In this document: positions 25,773 to 37,042 of the stretch, one piece after another
Layout: the number at the start of each line of letters is the position of its first letter
How positions within the stretch are numbered: the first letter of the stretch is position 1
Assembly (NCBI GenBank): GCA_965221775.1
Contig: CBDCSU010000005.1
Location: 1,248,001 to 1,312,000, forward strand
From: Candidatus Latescibacterota bacterium
GTDB lineage: Bacteria > Latescibacterota > UBA2968 > UBA8231
Length of the DNA stretch: 64,000 nucleotides
Reading direction: 5' to 3'
Notes under the pieces: generated by a model
Told to the model about the DNA's origin: nothing
Databases searched by the model: none
What the model saw: the letters and a program-made list of their open reading frames with translations, nothing else
Made by a program: the position numbers and the translations under genes

Positions 25773-27398
25773 TCAGTCCCCCTCGTCCCGCCCCAGGGCG
25801 CGGGCCTCGAAGGCGGCGGCCATGAGCGCCTTCGTGTAGTCGCTGGCCGGCGCCTCGAAGAGCTGCCGCGCGGGGCCGGCCTCCACCACCCTCCCCTCCT
25901 TCATGACGATCAGATCCTCGGCCAGGGCGCGGACCACGCGCAGGTCGTGGCTGATGAGCAGGTAGCCGAGGCCGCGCTCGTCCTGCAGGCGGCGGAGCAG
26001 CTCCAGGATCTGCAGCTGCACGGTGCGGTCGAGGGCGCTGGTGGGCTCGTCGAGGACCAGGAACCGCGGCTCCAGGACGACGGCCCGGGCGATGGCCAGC
26101 CGCTGGCGCTGGCCGCCGGAGAACTCGTGGGGGTAGCGGTCCATCGCCTCCGGGTCCAGATCGACCTCGCCCAGGACCCGGGCCACCAGCTCCCGGCGCT
26201 CGGCGGCGGTGGCGCCGATGCCGTGGACGAGGAGCCCCTCCTCGACGATCTGGAACGCCGTCAGCCGCGGGCTCAGGGAGCTGAAGGGGTCCTGGAAGAC
26301 GATCTGCATGCGCCGCCGCAGGGGCCGCAGCCGCGCGGAGGGCATCGATTGCAGGTCCCGCCCGTCGAAGCGCAGCTCGCCCTCGCAGGCCTGCAGCCGC
26401 AGCAGGGCCAGCCCGAGGGTGGTCTTGCCGGAGCCGGACTCGCCGACGACGCCGACGCTGCGCCCGGGGCGCACCGCGAGGCTCACGTCCTCCACGGCGC
26501 GCACGTGGCCGGTGGTGCGGCGCAGGACGCCGGTGCGGATCGGGAAGTGGACGCGCACGCCGCTGGCCTCCACCAGGGGCGGTCCCTCCGCCTCGCCGGC
26601 GGACTCGCGGGGCGGGGGCTCGCTGGCCAGCAGCCGCCGCGTGTAGGCGTGCTGCGGGTCCGCCATCAGGGGGCCGGCCTCGCCGTGCTCGACGATCCGG
26701 CCCTCGGTCATGACGAAGACGCGGTCCGCCAGCCGGCCGACGATCGTCAGGTCGTGGGTGATCAGCAGGATCGACATGCCCAGGCGCCGCTGCTGGCTCC
26801 GCAGCAGCTCCAGGATGCGGGCCTGCACGGTCACGTCGAGGGCGGTGGTCGGCTCGTCGGCGATAAGCAGGTCCGGCTCGTTGGCCAGGGCCATGGCGAT
26901 CATCACCCGCTGCCGCTGCCCTCCCGACAACTGGTGGGGCCAGGCCTCCAGCATGCGCTCCGGCTCGGGCAGGCGCACCTCGTCGAGCAGCTCCAGCACC
27001 CGGCGGCGGGCCTCGCCGCGGTCCAGGCCCCGGTGCACGCGCAGGGTCTCGGCCACCTGCCGCTCCACCGTGTGCAGCGGGTTCAGCGACGTCATCGGCT
27101 CCTGGAAGATCATGGAGACGCGGTCGCCGCGGACCTCGCGCAGCCGGTCGGCGGGGGCCCCGAGCAGCTCCTCCCCCCGCAGGCGGACCGAGCCGCCGGG
27201 GTGATGGGCCTTCGGGTAGGGCAGCAGCCCGAGCACCGAGAGGGCGGTCACCGACTTGCCGCAGCCGGACTCGCCCACGAGGGCCACGGTCTCGCCCTCG
27301 CCGATGTCGAGGCTGGCGCCGCGCACGGCGTCGACGTCGGGCTGGCCGCCTTCGCCGTGGAAGGAGACGTGGAGATCGTCGACGGCGAGGAGGCTCAT
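25773..27398 (-). CDS. yejF: Peptide ABC transporter double ATPase
   Basis: Two ABC domains (GESGCGKS and GESGSGKT, LSGGQRQR and FSGGQRQR). Confidence 0.88.
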   Translation of the reverse strand: MSLLAVDDLHVSFHGEGGQPDVDAVRGASLDIGEGETVALVGESGCGKSVTALSVLGLLPYPKAHHPGGSVRLRGEELLGAPADRLREVRGDRVSMIFQEPMTSLNPLHTVERQVAETLRVHRGLDRGEARRRVLELLDEVRLPEPERMLEAWPHQLSGGQRQRVMIAMALANEPDLLIADEPTTALDVTVQARILELLRSQQRRLGMSILLITHDLTIVGRLADRVFVMTEGRIVEHGEAGPLMADPQHAYTRRLLASEPPPRESAGEAEGPPLVEASGVRVHFPIRTGVLRRTTGHVRAVEDVSLAVRPGRSVGVVGESGSGKTTLGLALLRLQACEGELRFDGRDLQSMPSARLRPLRRRMQIVFQDPFSSLSPRLTAFQIVEEGLLVHGIGATAAERRELVARVLGEVDLDPEAMDRYPHEFSGGQRQRLAIARAVVLEPRFLVLDEPTSALDRTVQLQILELLRRLQDERGLGYLLISHDLRVVRALAEDLIVMKEGRVVEAGPARQLFEAPASDYTKALMAAAFEARALGRDEGD

Positions 27399-28429
27399 GT
27401 CGGCTCCGCCGTCCGCCGCGGGTCGAAGGCGTCGCGCACGGCCTCGCCGATGAAGACGAGCAGCGACAGCAGCACGGCCAGCGCGAAGAACCCGGTCAGC
27501 CCCAGCCACGGGGCGTGGAGGTTGCGCTTGCCCTGGCCGAGAAGCTCGCCGAGGGAAGGGGAGCCGGCGGGCAGGCCGAAGCCGAGGAAGTCGAGGGAGG
27601 CGAGGATCGCCACCGACCCGGTGAGGACGAAGGGCAGGAAGGTGAGGGCGGCCACGGCGGCGTTGGGCAGGACGTGCCGGAAGAGGACCTTCCCCTCGGG
27701 CACGCCGAGGGCGCGGGCGGCGCGCACGAAGTCGAAGTTGCGGGCCCGCAGGACCTCGGCGCGGACCACCCCCACGAGCTGGATCCAGCTGAAGAGCAGC
27801 ATCAGGCCGAGGAGCCACAGGAAGTTGGGCTCCACGAGGCTGGCCAGGATGATCAGCAGGTAGAGGGTGGGCATGCCCTGCCAGATCTCGATGAGGCGCT
27901 GCAGCAGCAGGTCGACCCAGCCGCCGAGGTAGCCCTGCACGGCGCCGGCGGCGACGCCGACGACGGAGCTGACCGCGGTCAGGCAGAACCCGAAGAGCAC
28001 GGAGAGGCGGAAGCCGTAGATCAGCCGCGCCAGGACATCGCGGGCCTGGTCGTCGGTGCCGAGCCAGTTGGCCGCCGACGGCGGCGCCGGCGCCGGGCGG
28101 CGCAGGTCGAAGTTGACGGTGCGCGGGCCGTAGCGGACCGGCGGCCACAGCATCCACCCGTCCCCGGCCTCGACCAGTCCGGCCACGAAGGGGTCGCGGT
28201 AGTCGGCCTCGGTCTCGAACTGGCCGCCGAACTCGGTCTCGGCGTACTCGGCGAAGACCGGGAAGTACCAGCGCCCGCCGCAGGAGACCAACAGGGGGCG
28301 GTCGTTGGCGACGAACTCCGCCGGCAGGGTGACGGCCACCAGTGCCAGGAACAGCCACAGGCTCCACCACCCCCGGCGGTGGCCGCGGAAGACGGCGAGG
28401 CGGCGGCGGTTCAGAGGCGACAGCTTCAC
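27395..28429 (-). CDS. yejE: Peptide ABC transporter permease
   Basis: [35 protein letters not shown]. Confidence 0.9.
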   Translation of the reverse strand: MKLSPLNRRRLAVFRGHRRGWWSLWLFLALVAVTLPAEFVANDRPLLVSCGGRWYFPVFAEYAETEFGGQFETEADYRDPFVAGLVEAGDGWMLWPPVRYGPRTVNFDLRRPAPAPPSAANWLGTDDQARDVLARLIYGFRLSVLFGFCLTAVSSVVGVAAGAVQGYLGGWVDLLLQRLIEIWQGMPTLYLLIILASLVEPNFLWLLGLMLLFSWIQLVGVVRAEVLRARNFDFVRAARALGVPEGKVLFRHVLPNAAVAALTFLPFVLTGSVAILASLDFLGFGLPAGSPSLGELLGQGKRNLHAPWLGLTGFFALAVLLSLLVFIGEAVRDAFDPRRTAEPT

Positions 28430-29520
28430 GAGCGCGCCTCGAAGTCGATGCGGCGGTCGACGAGGGTGTAGGTGAGGTCGCCCACCAGCTGCAGGACCAG
28501 GCCGAGGAGGGTGAAGACGTAGAGGGTGCCGAAGACGACGGGGTAGTCGCGGTTCACGGCCGACTCGTAGCCGAGGAGGCCGAGGCCGTCGAGGGAGAAG
28601 ATGATCTCGGTGAGCAGGGCGCCGGTGAAGAGGATGCCGACGAAGGCGGCGGGGAAGCCGGCGATGACGATGAGCATGGCGTTGCGGAAGACGTGGCCGT
28701 AGAGGACGCGCCCCTCGCCGAGGCCCTTGGCCCGGGCCGTGACCACGTACTGCTTGCCGATTTCGTCGAGGAAGGAGTTGCGCGTCAGCAGGGTGAGGCC
28801 GGCGAAGCCGCCGATGACGAGGGAGAGGACCGGCAGGCACAGGTGCCAGAGGTAGTCGAGGATCTTGCCCGCCAGGGACAGCTCCTCCCAGTTGGCCGAG
28901 ACCAGCCCCCGCAACGGGAACCACTGCCAGTACTGGCCGCCGGCGAAGAGCACCACCAGCAGGATGGCGAAGAGGAAGGTGGGAATGGCGTTGCCCACGA
29001 CGATCGCCCCCGAGGTCCACACGTCGAAGCGCGACCCCTGGCGCACCGCCTTGGCCACGCCGAGGGGGATGGAGATGGCGTAGATGAGCAGGGTCGTCCA
29101 CAGGCCGAGGGAGATCGACACCGGCAGCTTGTCGAGGACCAGGTCGACGACGGAGCGGTCCCGGAAGAAGGAGGTGCCGAAGTCGAAGCGCAGGTAGCGG
29201 CCCATCATCTCGACGAAGCGCGCGGGGGCCGGCTTGTCGAAGCCGTAGAGGGCCTCCAGCTCGGCGATCAGATCCGGGTCGAGGCCGCGGGCGCCGCGGT
29301 AGCGGGCGGTGGCCTCGGTGCCGGCGATGTCGGCGGCGGCGACCTCTCCCGCGCCCCCGGTGACGCGTCCGGCGGCGCCGAGGTCGTGGCCCTGCATGCG
29401 GGCGATGACCTGCTCCACCGGACCGCCGGGGGCGGCCTGGACGATGATGAAGTTGAGGACCATGATGCCGAGCAGGGTCGGCACCATGAGCAGCAGCCGC
29501 CGCAGGATGTAGGCGGTCAC
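28426..29520 (-). CDS. yejB: Peptide ABC transporter permease
   Basis: [35 protein letters not shown]. Confidence 0.9.
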   Translation of the reverse strand: MTAYILRRLLLMVPTLLGIMVLNFIIVQAAPGGPVEQVIARMQGHDLGAAGRVTGGAGEVAAADIAGTEATARYRGARGLDPDLIAELEALYGFDKPAPARFVEMMGRYLRFDFGTSFFRDRSVVDLVLDKLPVSISLGLWTTLLIYAISIPLGVAKAVRQGSRFDVWTSGAIVVGNAIPTFLFAILLVVLFAGGQYWQWFPLRGLVSANWEELSLAGKILDYLWHLCLPVLSLVIGGFAGLTLLTRNSFLDEIGKQYVVTARAKGLGEGRVLYGHVFRNAMLIVIAGFPAAFVGILFTGALLTEIIFSLDGLGLLGYESAVNRDYPVVFGTLYVFTLLGLVLQLVGDLTYTLVDRRIDFEARS

Positions 29521-31526
29521 CGCGTCTCCTCCAGGGCCCGCGCCAGGGCCGGGTCGATCCACCAGGTCTCGGGGAAGCCGAGGGAGATCATCGGCACGAC
29601 CGCCGGCCGCGCGAACCGGTTCCAGTAGACCAGGCGGTGGACGGTGGTGTGCCAGTGGGGGATCACGTAGTGGCCCCAGGTCAGCACCCGGTCCAGGGCG
29701 CGGGCGGCGGCGACCTGATCGGGGCGGGTCTGGGCGGCGATGAGGCCCTCCACCAGCTCGTCCACCACCGGGTCGCGGACCCCGGCGTAGTTGCGGGTCC
29801 CCGGCGTATCGGCCGCCGCCGAGGACCAGTAGTTGCGCTGCTCGTTGCCCGGCGACAGGTACTGGTTCCAGGCGCGGACGATCACGTCGTAGTCGTACTC
29901 CTGCAGCCGCCGGTAGTACTGCGACGCGTCCACGGTGCGGCTCGTGGTGGCGATGCCGAGCCGCTCCAGGTGCAGCCGCACCGGTCCCACGACGCGCTCG
30001 TACGAGGGCCGCACGAGGAGGAACTCGAAGGCCATGGCCTCCCCCGTCTCCTCGTGGACCAGGACGCCGTCGCGCAGCACCCAGCCGGCGTCGCGCAGCA
30101 TGCGCCGCGCCTTGCGCAGGTTGGCGCGGATCGAGCCGTCGCCGTCGGTGGACGGCGCCCGGTAGGCCTCGCCGAAGACATCGTCCGGCACACGGCCCCG
30201 GTAGCTCTCCAGGATCTCAAGCTCACGGCCTTCGGGCCTGCCCGTGGCGGCCAGCTCGGAGTTGGCGAAGTGGCTCTCGGTGCGCGTGTAGAGTCCGTGG
30301 AAGAGGGTGGCGTTGGTCCACTCGAAGTCGAAGGCGTGGCTTAGCGCGTGGCGCACGCGGGGGTCGGCGAAGCGGGCGCGCCTCGTGTTGAAGACGAACC
30401 CCGACATGCCGCGGATGCGGCGGTTGGGCAGCTCCGCCATCACCAGGCGGCCCTCCCGCACCGCGGGATGGTCGTAGCCGGTGGCCCACTCGCGGGCCGA
30501 GCCGACGGCGCGCAGGTCGTACTCGCCGGCCTTCAGCGCCTCCTGGGCGACCGTGTCGTCGCGGTAGTAGTCGTAGGTGATGCGGTCGAAGTTGTGCTGC
30601 CCCCGCCGCGCCGGCAGGCCCTCGTCCCAGTTGCCGTCGACCCGGGCGTAGGTGATGGAGCGCCCCGGGTCGACCGACTCGATGCGGTAGGGGCCGCTGC
30701 CCAGGGGCGGCTCCAGCGTCGTCTTGGTGAAGTCCCGCGCCTCCCAGTAGTGCTTCGGCAGGGCGCGCAGTTGGCCGAGGACAACGGGCAGCTCGCGGTT
30801 GTCGGTGGCGGCCAGCTCGAAGGTGACGGTGCGGTCGTCCTCGGCGACGGCCGTGTCCACGTCGGCGTAGAAGGTGCGGTAGAAGGGGGTGCCGTGGAGC
30901 ACGAGGGTGTAGAAGGAGAACACGATGTCGTGGGCGGTGACCGGCTCGCCGTCGTGCCAGCGCGCCTCGGGGCGCAGGAAGAAGGTGACCGAGCTGCGGT
31001 CCGGAGCCAGCCACATCGACTCGGCCAGGTGCCCGTACTCCGACAGCGGCTCGTCCTGGGCCTTCTCGCAGAGGCGGCTGTAGATCAGGCTCCAGGTACC
31101 GGCGGCGGCGACCCCCTTGAGGATGAAGGGGTTGAGGCTGTCGAAGGTGCCCACCCGCGCCAGCCGCACCTCCCCGCCACGGACCGCCTGCGGGTCGGTG
31201 TACTCGAAGTGGGTGAAGCCAGGCCCGTACTTGAGGTCGCCGGTCACGGCGAGGGCGTGCACGGCCGGGGTGCGGGTTGGGGTTCCGGTCTCGGCGGCGA
31301 CGGGGGTGAGGGTGAGGGGGATGGCGGCCAGCAGGCCCGCCAGGGAAGCCACGTGGATCGAGGTGAAGCGGATCACCGAGTTCGGCGCCAGGAGGGCGGC
31401 GGCCAGCAGGCCCGCCAGAGAAACCACGTGAAGCGAGGTGAAGCGGATCACCGAGTTCGGCGCCAGGAGGGCAGTGGCGAGGGTGGTGGCGCGGGTGCGC
31501 AGGGGTACCGGGGCCAGGCGGATCAC
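29517..31526 (-). CDS. yejA: Peptide ABC transporter substrate-binding protein
   Basis: [39 protein letters not shown]; start uncertain. Confidence 0.88.
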   Translation of the reverse strand: MIRLAPVPLRTRATTLATALLAPNSVIRFTSLHVVSLAGLLAAALLAPNSVIRFTSIHVASLAGLLAAIPLTLTPVAAETGTPTRTPAVHALAVTGDLKYGPGFTHFEYTDPQAVRGGEVRLARVGTFDSLNPFILKGVAAAGTWSLIYSRLCEKAQDEPLSEYGHLAESMWLAPDRSSVTFFLRPEARWHDGEPVTAHDIVFSFYTLVLHGTPFYRTFYADVDTAVAEDDRTVTFELAATDNRELPVVLGQLRALPKHYWEARDFTKTTLEPPLGSGPYRIESVDPGRSITYARVDGNWDEGLPARRGQHNFDRITYDYYRDDTVAQEALKAGEYDLRAVGSAREWATGYDHPAVREGRLVMAELPNRRIRGMSGFVFNTRRARFADPRVRHALSHAFDFEWTNATLFHGLYTRTESHFANSELAATGRPEGRELEILESYRGRVPDDVFGEAYRAPSTDGDGSIRANLRKARRMLRDAGWVLRDGVLVHEETGEAMAFEFLLVRPSYERVVGPVRLHLERLGIATTSRTVDASQYYRRLQEYDYDVIVRAWNQYLSPGNEQRNYWSSAAADTPGTRNYAGVRDPVVDELVEGLIAAQTRPDQVAAARALDRVLTWGHYVIPHWHTTVHRLVYWNRFARPAVVPMISLGFPETWWIDPALARALEETR
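31323..31472. repeat. 75-bp tandem duplication within the yejA signal-peptide region
   Basis: Two near-identical units encoding [12 protein letters not shown](L/I)HV(V/A)SLAGLLAA. Confidence 0.9.
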
Positions 31527-31930
31527 TGTCGGGAGGGGCCGCGGCCTGCAGTCGCTGGCGATTCTGACGTGGGAGGGCACGGAGGCCACCTGTTCTGGCG
31601 AGAGGATCCCGTCGCCCTCGCAGGCGGCCGATGGCCGGCAGCCGCAGGGGCGCGGAAAGGCACTGGTTCCACTGTTTGAGGAGATCCCGGCGTTCCCAGG
31701 GAGGAGGAAACACCGGCCGGGAGCCCGCGCCGCGGCATCACCGGGAGGGGACCCCGGACCGCCGGCGGCGAGAATCAACGGCGAGCCCGCGCGAGGCCGA
31801 GGGCGGCGGCCGGAGGCTGCGGGCGCGATCTATTGTACTGTCAGGCGCGGGATTTCGCCCACCCGCGTCCAACCGGGAAGGTCCATGCGCTGGCGCAGCG
31901 TGTTCTGCGGCGGGGAGTTGGTGGCCGAGG

Positions 31931-31957
31931 CAACTACCAAGGATTCCTTGGTAGTTG
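31931..31957. repeat. 27-bp palindrome CAACTACCAAGGA-T-TCCTTGGTAGTTG
   Basis: Perfect 13-bp arms with a 1-nt centre in a divergent intergenic region. Confidence 0.8.
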
Positions 31958-32124
31958 AGACCGAAGGCCAGTGGCGAGCCAGACACGGCCGACCGGATGC
32001 CGTGCGGCCTTCGCTTCCCAGGGCTCGCCCTTCGACGGTGCCACTCGGTTCGGCGAACGGCCGGCGGGTGATGCCTCGCTCCAGCCAGCCCGTTCCTGCC
32101 CGCCCTTCTGTTTACTCGATCTAC

Positions 32125-32182
32125 TGAGTATTATTACTCATCATGTTGAGTAATTCGTATATATGTTGAGTAATTCGTATAT
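32125..32182 (+). promoter_or_regulatory. Operator-like palindrome TGAGTA-N4-TACTCA plus exact 20-bp tandem duplication over the start codon
   Basis: 32125-32140 palindrome; ATGTTGAGTAATTCGTATAT at 32143 and 32163. Confidence 0.6.
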
Positions 32183-33371
32183 CCGCCCCCAGGCCGCGGA
32201 TCTCCTCCGGCGGCTCCAGGAGCCGCGGCGATTCCTCCAGGTCGTCACCGGGCCCCGGCAGGTCGGCAAGACGACCCTGATCACCCAGGTCGCCGGCCAG
32301 TCCGGGCTGCCCCACCGCTTCGGCAGCGCCGACGAGCCGACCCTGCGAGGCCCGGACTGGATCGCCCAGCAATGGGAGGCCGCGAGGCTGGCAGCGGCCG
32401 ATGCCGGACCCGGGGGGGCGCTTCTCGTGATCGACGAGGTGCAGAAGGCCCCCAACTGGGCGGAGTCCGTCAAGCGGCTGTGGGACGAGGACACCCGCAG
32501 CGGGCTCTCCCTCAAGGTCGTGCTCTCCGGCTCGGCGCAGCCGCTGATCGGGCGCGGGCTCACCGAGAGCCTCGCTGGGCGCTTCGAGCTGCTCCACCTG
32601 CCCCACTGGAGTTGGTCGGAGATGAGGACCGCCTTCGGCTGGTCCCTGGAGCAGTTCCTGTTCCACGGCGCCTATCCCGGCGCGGCGCCGCTGGTGGATC
32701 AGCCCGACCGCTGGGCCCGCTACATCCGCGATTCCCTCGTGGAGACGACCCTGGCCCGGGACGTGCTGCTGCTCTCGCGGGTGGACAAACCGGCCCTCCT
32801 GCGGCGCCTCTTCGATCTGGGCTGCGAGTACTCGGGCCAGATCCTCTCCTACACGAAGATGCTGGGCCAGCTCCAGGACGCCGGGAACACGACCACCCTG
32901 GCCCACTATCTCCAGCTGCTGGCCGGCGCCGGCATGTTGACGGGTCTGCAGAAATACTCGGGCGCCACAGTGCGCCGGCGGAGTTCCAGCCCCAAGCTCC
33001 AAGTGCTGAACACGGCCCTGATGACCGCCGGATCGCGCCTCACGCCGGAGCAGGCCCGCGCCGACGCCGAGTTCCGGGGGCGCTTGGTCGAGTCGGCGGT
33101 GGGCGCCCACTTGGCGAATGCCGCGGCCGGCGGCTCCTGCGAGCTGTTCTACTGGCGGGACCGCAACCGCGAGGTCGACTTCGTGGTGCGCTCGGGAGGG
33201 TTCCTGACCGCGATCGAGGTGAAGAGCGGACGGGCTCGCGGGTCCCTGCCGGGAATGGCCGCCTTCGCGGAGGCCTTCGGGCCGAACCGCAGGCTGCTCG
33301 TCGGCGGTGACGGGATCCCCGTCGAGGAGTTTCTTTCCAGGCCGGCGGAGCACTGGGTCGGTCCGGGATAA
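32163..33371 (+). CDS. AAA_14 ATPase with DUF4143 / PD-(D/E)XK-like C-terminus
   Basis: GPRQVGKTT, IDEVQK, LSGS, ESLAGRF, EVDFV...IEVKSG. Confidence 0.92.
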   Translation: MLSNSYIRPQAADLLRRLQEPRRFLQVVTGPRQVGKTTLITQVAGQSGLPHRFGSADEPTLRGPDWIAQQWEAARLAAADAGPGGALLVIDEVQKAPNWAESVKRLWDEDTRSGLSLKVVLSGSAQPLIGRGLTESLAGRFELLHLPHWSWSEMRTAFGWSLEQFLFHGAYPGAAPLVDQPDRWARYIRDSLVETTLARDVLLLSRVDKPALLRRLFDLGCEYSGQILSYTKMLGQLQDAGNTTTLAHYLQLLAGAGMLTGLQKYSGATVRRRSSSPKLQVLNTALMTAGSRLTPEQARADAEFRGRLVESAVGAHLANAAAGGSCELFYWRDRNREVDFVVRSGGFLTAIEVKSGRARGSLPGMAAFAEAFGPNRRLLVGGDGIPVEEFLSRPAEHWVGPG

Positions 33372-33418
33372 CCCGCAGACGTGGGCAGGCTCAGCCTGCC
33401 TCGCGGAGACAGGAGACC

Positions 33419-34342
33419 ATGAACGACTACGAGTTCAAGATGGGGATCTACCTCGGGGAGTTGCAGCAGCCTTGGGAGCAATCGCTGGCCACGGCGCGCG
33501 ACCTCGGCGCCCGCTACGTCTGGTGCGGCGCCCACTCCAACGGCCGCAGCCTCTACGAGCTCTCCGACGCCGAGATCGACGTCGCCGCCGGCCAGGTCGC
33601 CGCCCACGGGCTGGAGTTCTTCCTCCTCGACGGCGCCGGGCTGTTCAAGACGGTGCACCTGGCCGAACTGGCGCCGGGCCGCATGCTGGAGCACGAACAG
33701 TTCCGGGAGCAGTTCTCCAGGCTGGAACGGGCGATGCAGGTCTCCGCCCGCCTGGGGATCGGCGCGGTCGGCTGCAGCAGCTTCGCCTGGCCCGCCGAGT
33801 ACACCGGCGGCAAGCCGACCTGGCCCATGCGCTGGGCCACCCGCGGCGGCATCATCTCCGACGGCGACATGGCCAAGCTGGTGGAGGCCTTCTCCATGTT
33901 CGCCGACCTCGCCGAGAAGCACGACGTGGACATCGCCTTCCTGATGATGCAGTGGAACTACGGCAACACGAGCCGCAACTTCCGGCGCATCGTCGAGGCC
34001 GTGGGCTCGCGCCGGTTCAAGGCCCTGTGGTGCCCCGCCGACAGCCTCAACTGCGGCGAGGTCGACAACGCCACCGCCGGCTTCGAGAACCTGCGCCCCT
34101 ACCTCCACGGAGTGCACGCCAAGGACCTGCGCACCCTCGACGGCTCGAAGCTCGACTTCGAGTACACCCCCATCGGCGAGGGGGACGTGGACTACTCCGC
34201 GATCCTGCGCAACCTGCGCGACAACCGCTGCGACGTCATCCTCTCCATCGCCACCCACTTCCTGCCGGCCAGCGGCTCCCGCCTCGAGGCGATGGAGACG
34301 AACTACGCCAACATCCGCCGGCTCATCGGGGAGCTGTCGTAG
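33419..34342 (+). CDS. Sugar phosphate isomerase/epimerase (xylose-isomerase-like TIM barrel)
   Basis: HGVHAKD, PIGEGDVDY motifs; AGGAG RBS. Confidence 0.8.
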   Translation: MNDYEFKMGIYLGELQQPWEQSLATARDLGARYVWCGAHSNGRSLYELSDAEIDVAAGQVAAHGLEFFLLDGAGLFKTVHLAELAPGRMLEHEQFREQFSRLERAMQVSARLGIGAVGCSSFAWPAEYTGGKPTWPMRWATRGGIISDGDMAKLVEAFSMFADLAEKHDVDIAFLMMQWNYGNTSRNFRRIVEAVGSRRFKALWCPADSLNCGEVDNATAGFENLRPYLHGVHAKDLRTLDGSKLDFEYTPIGEGDVDYSAILRNLRDNRCDVILSIATHFLPASGSRLEAMETNYANIRRLIGELS

Positions 34343-35831
34343 CCGCCAGCCCCGCCGGATACGGGCTGTAGCGGACCTCCACCTCGACCTCCTGGATGGT
34401 GACGCTGCCGGTGAGGCCCTCCGGCCGGCTCTCCAGCGACACCCGCAGGACGTTCTCCCCCTTGCGGGGCAGGACGTCGACGAGGTCGAACTCCAGCCAG
34501 TGGTTCCGCGGGTTGGTGAAGGGGAAGGCGTCGTCGCTTTCCTTCTCCTTCCAGACGCGGCGGCAGGTCTCGCCCTCCAGGGACTGCCCGTTCAGGGACA
34601 CCTTGAAGCGGTCCGCGGAGACCGTGTTGGTCAGATAGAGTCGCAACTTCGTCCCGCTGACGCGGCTGTCGGCGGCGGCGATGTCGTCGGCGATGGTGAA
34701 GGGGATCTCGTGGGCCGCGGTGGGAAGGGGCGGGGACAGCTCGTGGGGTATGTGATGGTGATAGTCGACCCGCGCCGCACCGTCGTACTGGCGGGCCAGG
34801 ACGTAGTGCTTGTCGCGGCCGCGGACCAGCTCCGGAGACCCCACCATGGTGAGGAGGTTGCGCTCGGCGTCGCCGAGGGGCCAGTCCAAGGCCCAGGTGT
34901 AGAGGCCGTCCACGCCCTTCTCCCAGTAGTTGGCCGCGGCGGCCCGGAACTGCTCCAGGTTGGCGTACCGCCGGCCGCTGGCTCCGACCATGCTGTCCTG
35001 CGTGTAGTGCTGCAGGAACCCGTAGACCGAGGCGCCCGCGTCGTGGGCGGGTTCGACCACCCAGTCGAAGGGCATGTCCGGGTCGAGGGCGGTGTAGACG
35101 TAGGCCACGGGCACGACGAAGTCGAGCAGCCCCTCGGCGAGCCACGTCCTCACGTCGAGGCCCTGCTCGAGGTTGCCCTTCTCCGTGGGGAAGATGCGGG
35201 CGCCGATCAGCCCCGGCTCCCCCGGCCGTGAGCGCACCATCTCGGCCGAGCGCCGGACCCACTCGGTCATGGTGGCCGTGTTCTCGGGGGTCCCCCCGTC
35301 CCTGAAGTAGAAGTACCCACTCTCGCTGAAGGCGGCGGTGTAGTCCAGCTCGACACCTTCGATGGGGTACCCGACAGCCAGCTCGCGCAGCACCTCGAGC
35401 TTGAGGTCCCGGACGCGCTCGTCGGCCCAGCCGGGGCCGCCGTTCTCGATCTCCAGCTCCGGGTAGACCCCGCCGAGCCGCTGCAGGCGCACGTCGGCGA
35501 GGAAGTCCATGCCGTGCTCGTGAGCGCGGTCGACGAGCACCCGCAGCGGGTCGAGACCGCGCTCCATGAGGCTGAGCATGCACGCGGCGGCCCTCCACTC
35601 GTAGTTGTGCTTCGACCGCGGCTTGCCGTCCTCGACGGAGAACAGCTTCCCCACCTTCGTCGGGTAGTAGGCGCCGTCCCCTCGCTCGACACAGTAGCTG
35701 AAGGTGTCGACCGCCGTCCCCGCCACCTCGTCGACGGGAATCCAGGCGTCCTCGAGCCGCATGGGCGGCTCGAAATACCAGAGATAGGAGTGCCGCGCGT
35801 CGTTGTGGTAGATCGTCCTGCGCCGTCTCAT
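34323..35831 (-). CDS. Hypothetical glycoside-hydrolase-like TIM-barrel protein
   Basis: IYHNDA, DPLRVLVDRAHEHGM, EGVELDY, GVDGLY pattern. Confidence 0.6.
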   Translation of the reverse strand: MRRRRTIYHNDARHSYLWYFEPPMRLEDAWIPVDEVAGTAVDTFSYCVERGDGAYYPTKVGKLFSVEDGKPRSKHNYEWRAAACMLSLMERGLDPLRVLVDRAHEHGMDFLADVRLQRLGGVYPELEIENGGPGWADERVRDLKLEVLRELAVGYPIEGVELDYTAAFSESGYFYFRDGGTPENTATMTEWVRRSAEMVRSRPGEPGLIGARIFPTEKGNLEQGLDVRTWLAEGLLDFVVPVAYVYTALDPDMPFDWVVEPAHDAGASVYGFLQHYTQDSMVGASGRRYANLEQFRAAAANYWEKGVDGLYTWALDWPLGDAERNLLTMVGSPELVRGRDKHYVLARQYDGAARVDYHHHIPHELSPPLPTAAHEIPFTIADDIAAADSRVSGTKLRLYLTNTVSADRFKVSLNGQSLEGETCRRVWKEKESDDAFPFTNPRNHWLEFDLVDVLPRKGENVLRVSLESRPEGLTGSVTIQEVEVEVRYSPYPAGLAATTAPR

Positions 35832-35852
35832 GCAGCTTCTCCTGTTCGTGGC

Positions 35853-37016
35853 TCAATCGATGATGGCGTCGGACCAGAGTCTCTCGAAGAACCGCTCCCA
35901 GGGCAGGATCCAGATCCCGTCGCTGGCGCGCCTGGCCTTGCGCTCGTTGCACACGACGATGGCGTGACGCGGACGATGCTCGTCCACGTAAGCCCGGATG
36001 CTCCTCAGGTCCGCCGGCCGCGGACTGGCGCTGCCCTTGACCTCGATGGCGATCTCGCCGCCGCGGCCGAGGACGAAGTCGCATTCGAGACCCGACTTGG
36101 TCCGCCAGAACCGCAGCGGGAAATCGCGTTCACGGTAGCTGCGGTAGGCGAGCAGTTCCATGAGCACCAGATGCTCGAGGGCGCGACCGAACTCTGGTCC
36201 CGCCGGGCGTTCGATCCGGCGGCCCGTCAGGTGCCCGGCCACGCCGACGTCGAAGAGATAGAACTTGGGCGCCCGGGTGATGACCTGGCGCGAGCGCCGA
36301 CGGCTGAAGGGCTCCACCAAGGTGCCTAGGAGCGTGTCCACCAGAATCTGGAAGTACTCCCGCACCGTCTTGGAATCGACGCCGCAGTCCCTGGCGATAT
36401 TGCTGTAGTTCAGTAGCTCCCCATGGCTGAAGGAGAGGGCGTCGAAGAACCGGGAGAAGGCAGCGGTGTTGCGGGCCAGCCCTTCGTCGAAGACCTCCTC
36501 CTTCAGATAGTCGTCCACGTAGCCGGCGAGGGCCCGGCGGTACCGGGGGCTGTCGTAGTGCTGCGGAACCAGGCCGCGGTTGAGGGCCCGCAGCAGATCG
36601 AATCCGGGGACTTCCGGCCAGGCCAGAGGGTGGAGCCCGAAGCGCCAGGCCCGTCCGCCGAGCAGGTTCGAGCGCCCCCGCTTCAGCTTGCGGGCGCTGG
36701 AGCCGCACAGCACGAAGCCGAAGCCCTCGCTCTCGATGAGCCGGTGGACCTCGTCGAGAAGGGCCGGCACCTTCTGCACTTCGTCGATGATGACGGGGCC
36801 GGCGAGGGCGGCTCCACCGAGGGCCCGCAGGCGGTCGGCCAGCACCCACGGGGCGCGGGTGAACTCCAGCAGCTGGCGCGTGTCCAGGAGATCGAAACGC
36901 GGGGCCTCCGGAAACCGCTGGCGAAGCAGCGTCGACTTGCCGGTCTTGCGGGGCCCCCACAGAAAGGCTGACTGCCCCCGGGGGAGGTCCAGACGGAGGT
37001 TGCGGATGTAGGGCAC
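35853..37016 (-). CDS. AAA_14 ATPase with DUF4143 C-terminus (second copy)
   Basis: GPRKTGKST, IDEVQK, CGSSARKL, KFYLFDVG, ECDFV...IEVKG. Confidence 0.92.
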   Translation of the reverse strand: MPYIRNLRLDLPRGQSAFLWGPRKTGKSTLLRQRFPEAPRFDLLDTRQLLEFTRAPWVLADRLRALGGAALAGPVIIDEVQKVPALLDEVHRLIESEGFGFVLCGSSARKLKRGRSNLLGGRAWRFGLHPLAWPEVPGFDLLRALNRGLVPQHYDSPRYRRALAGYVDDYLKEEVFDEGLARNTAAFSRFFDALSFSHGELLNYSNIARDCGVDSKTVREYFQILVDTLLGTLVEPFSRRRSRQVITRAPKFYLFDVGVAGHLTGRRIERPAGPEFGRALEHLVLMELLAYRSYRERDFPLRFWRTKSGLECDFVLGRGGEIAIEVKGSASPRPADLRSIRAYVDEHRPRHAIVVCNERKARRASDGIWILPWERFFERLWSDAIID

Positions 37017-37042
37017 AGGGGGAATCTATTCCTGATTGGTCA

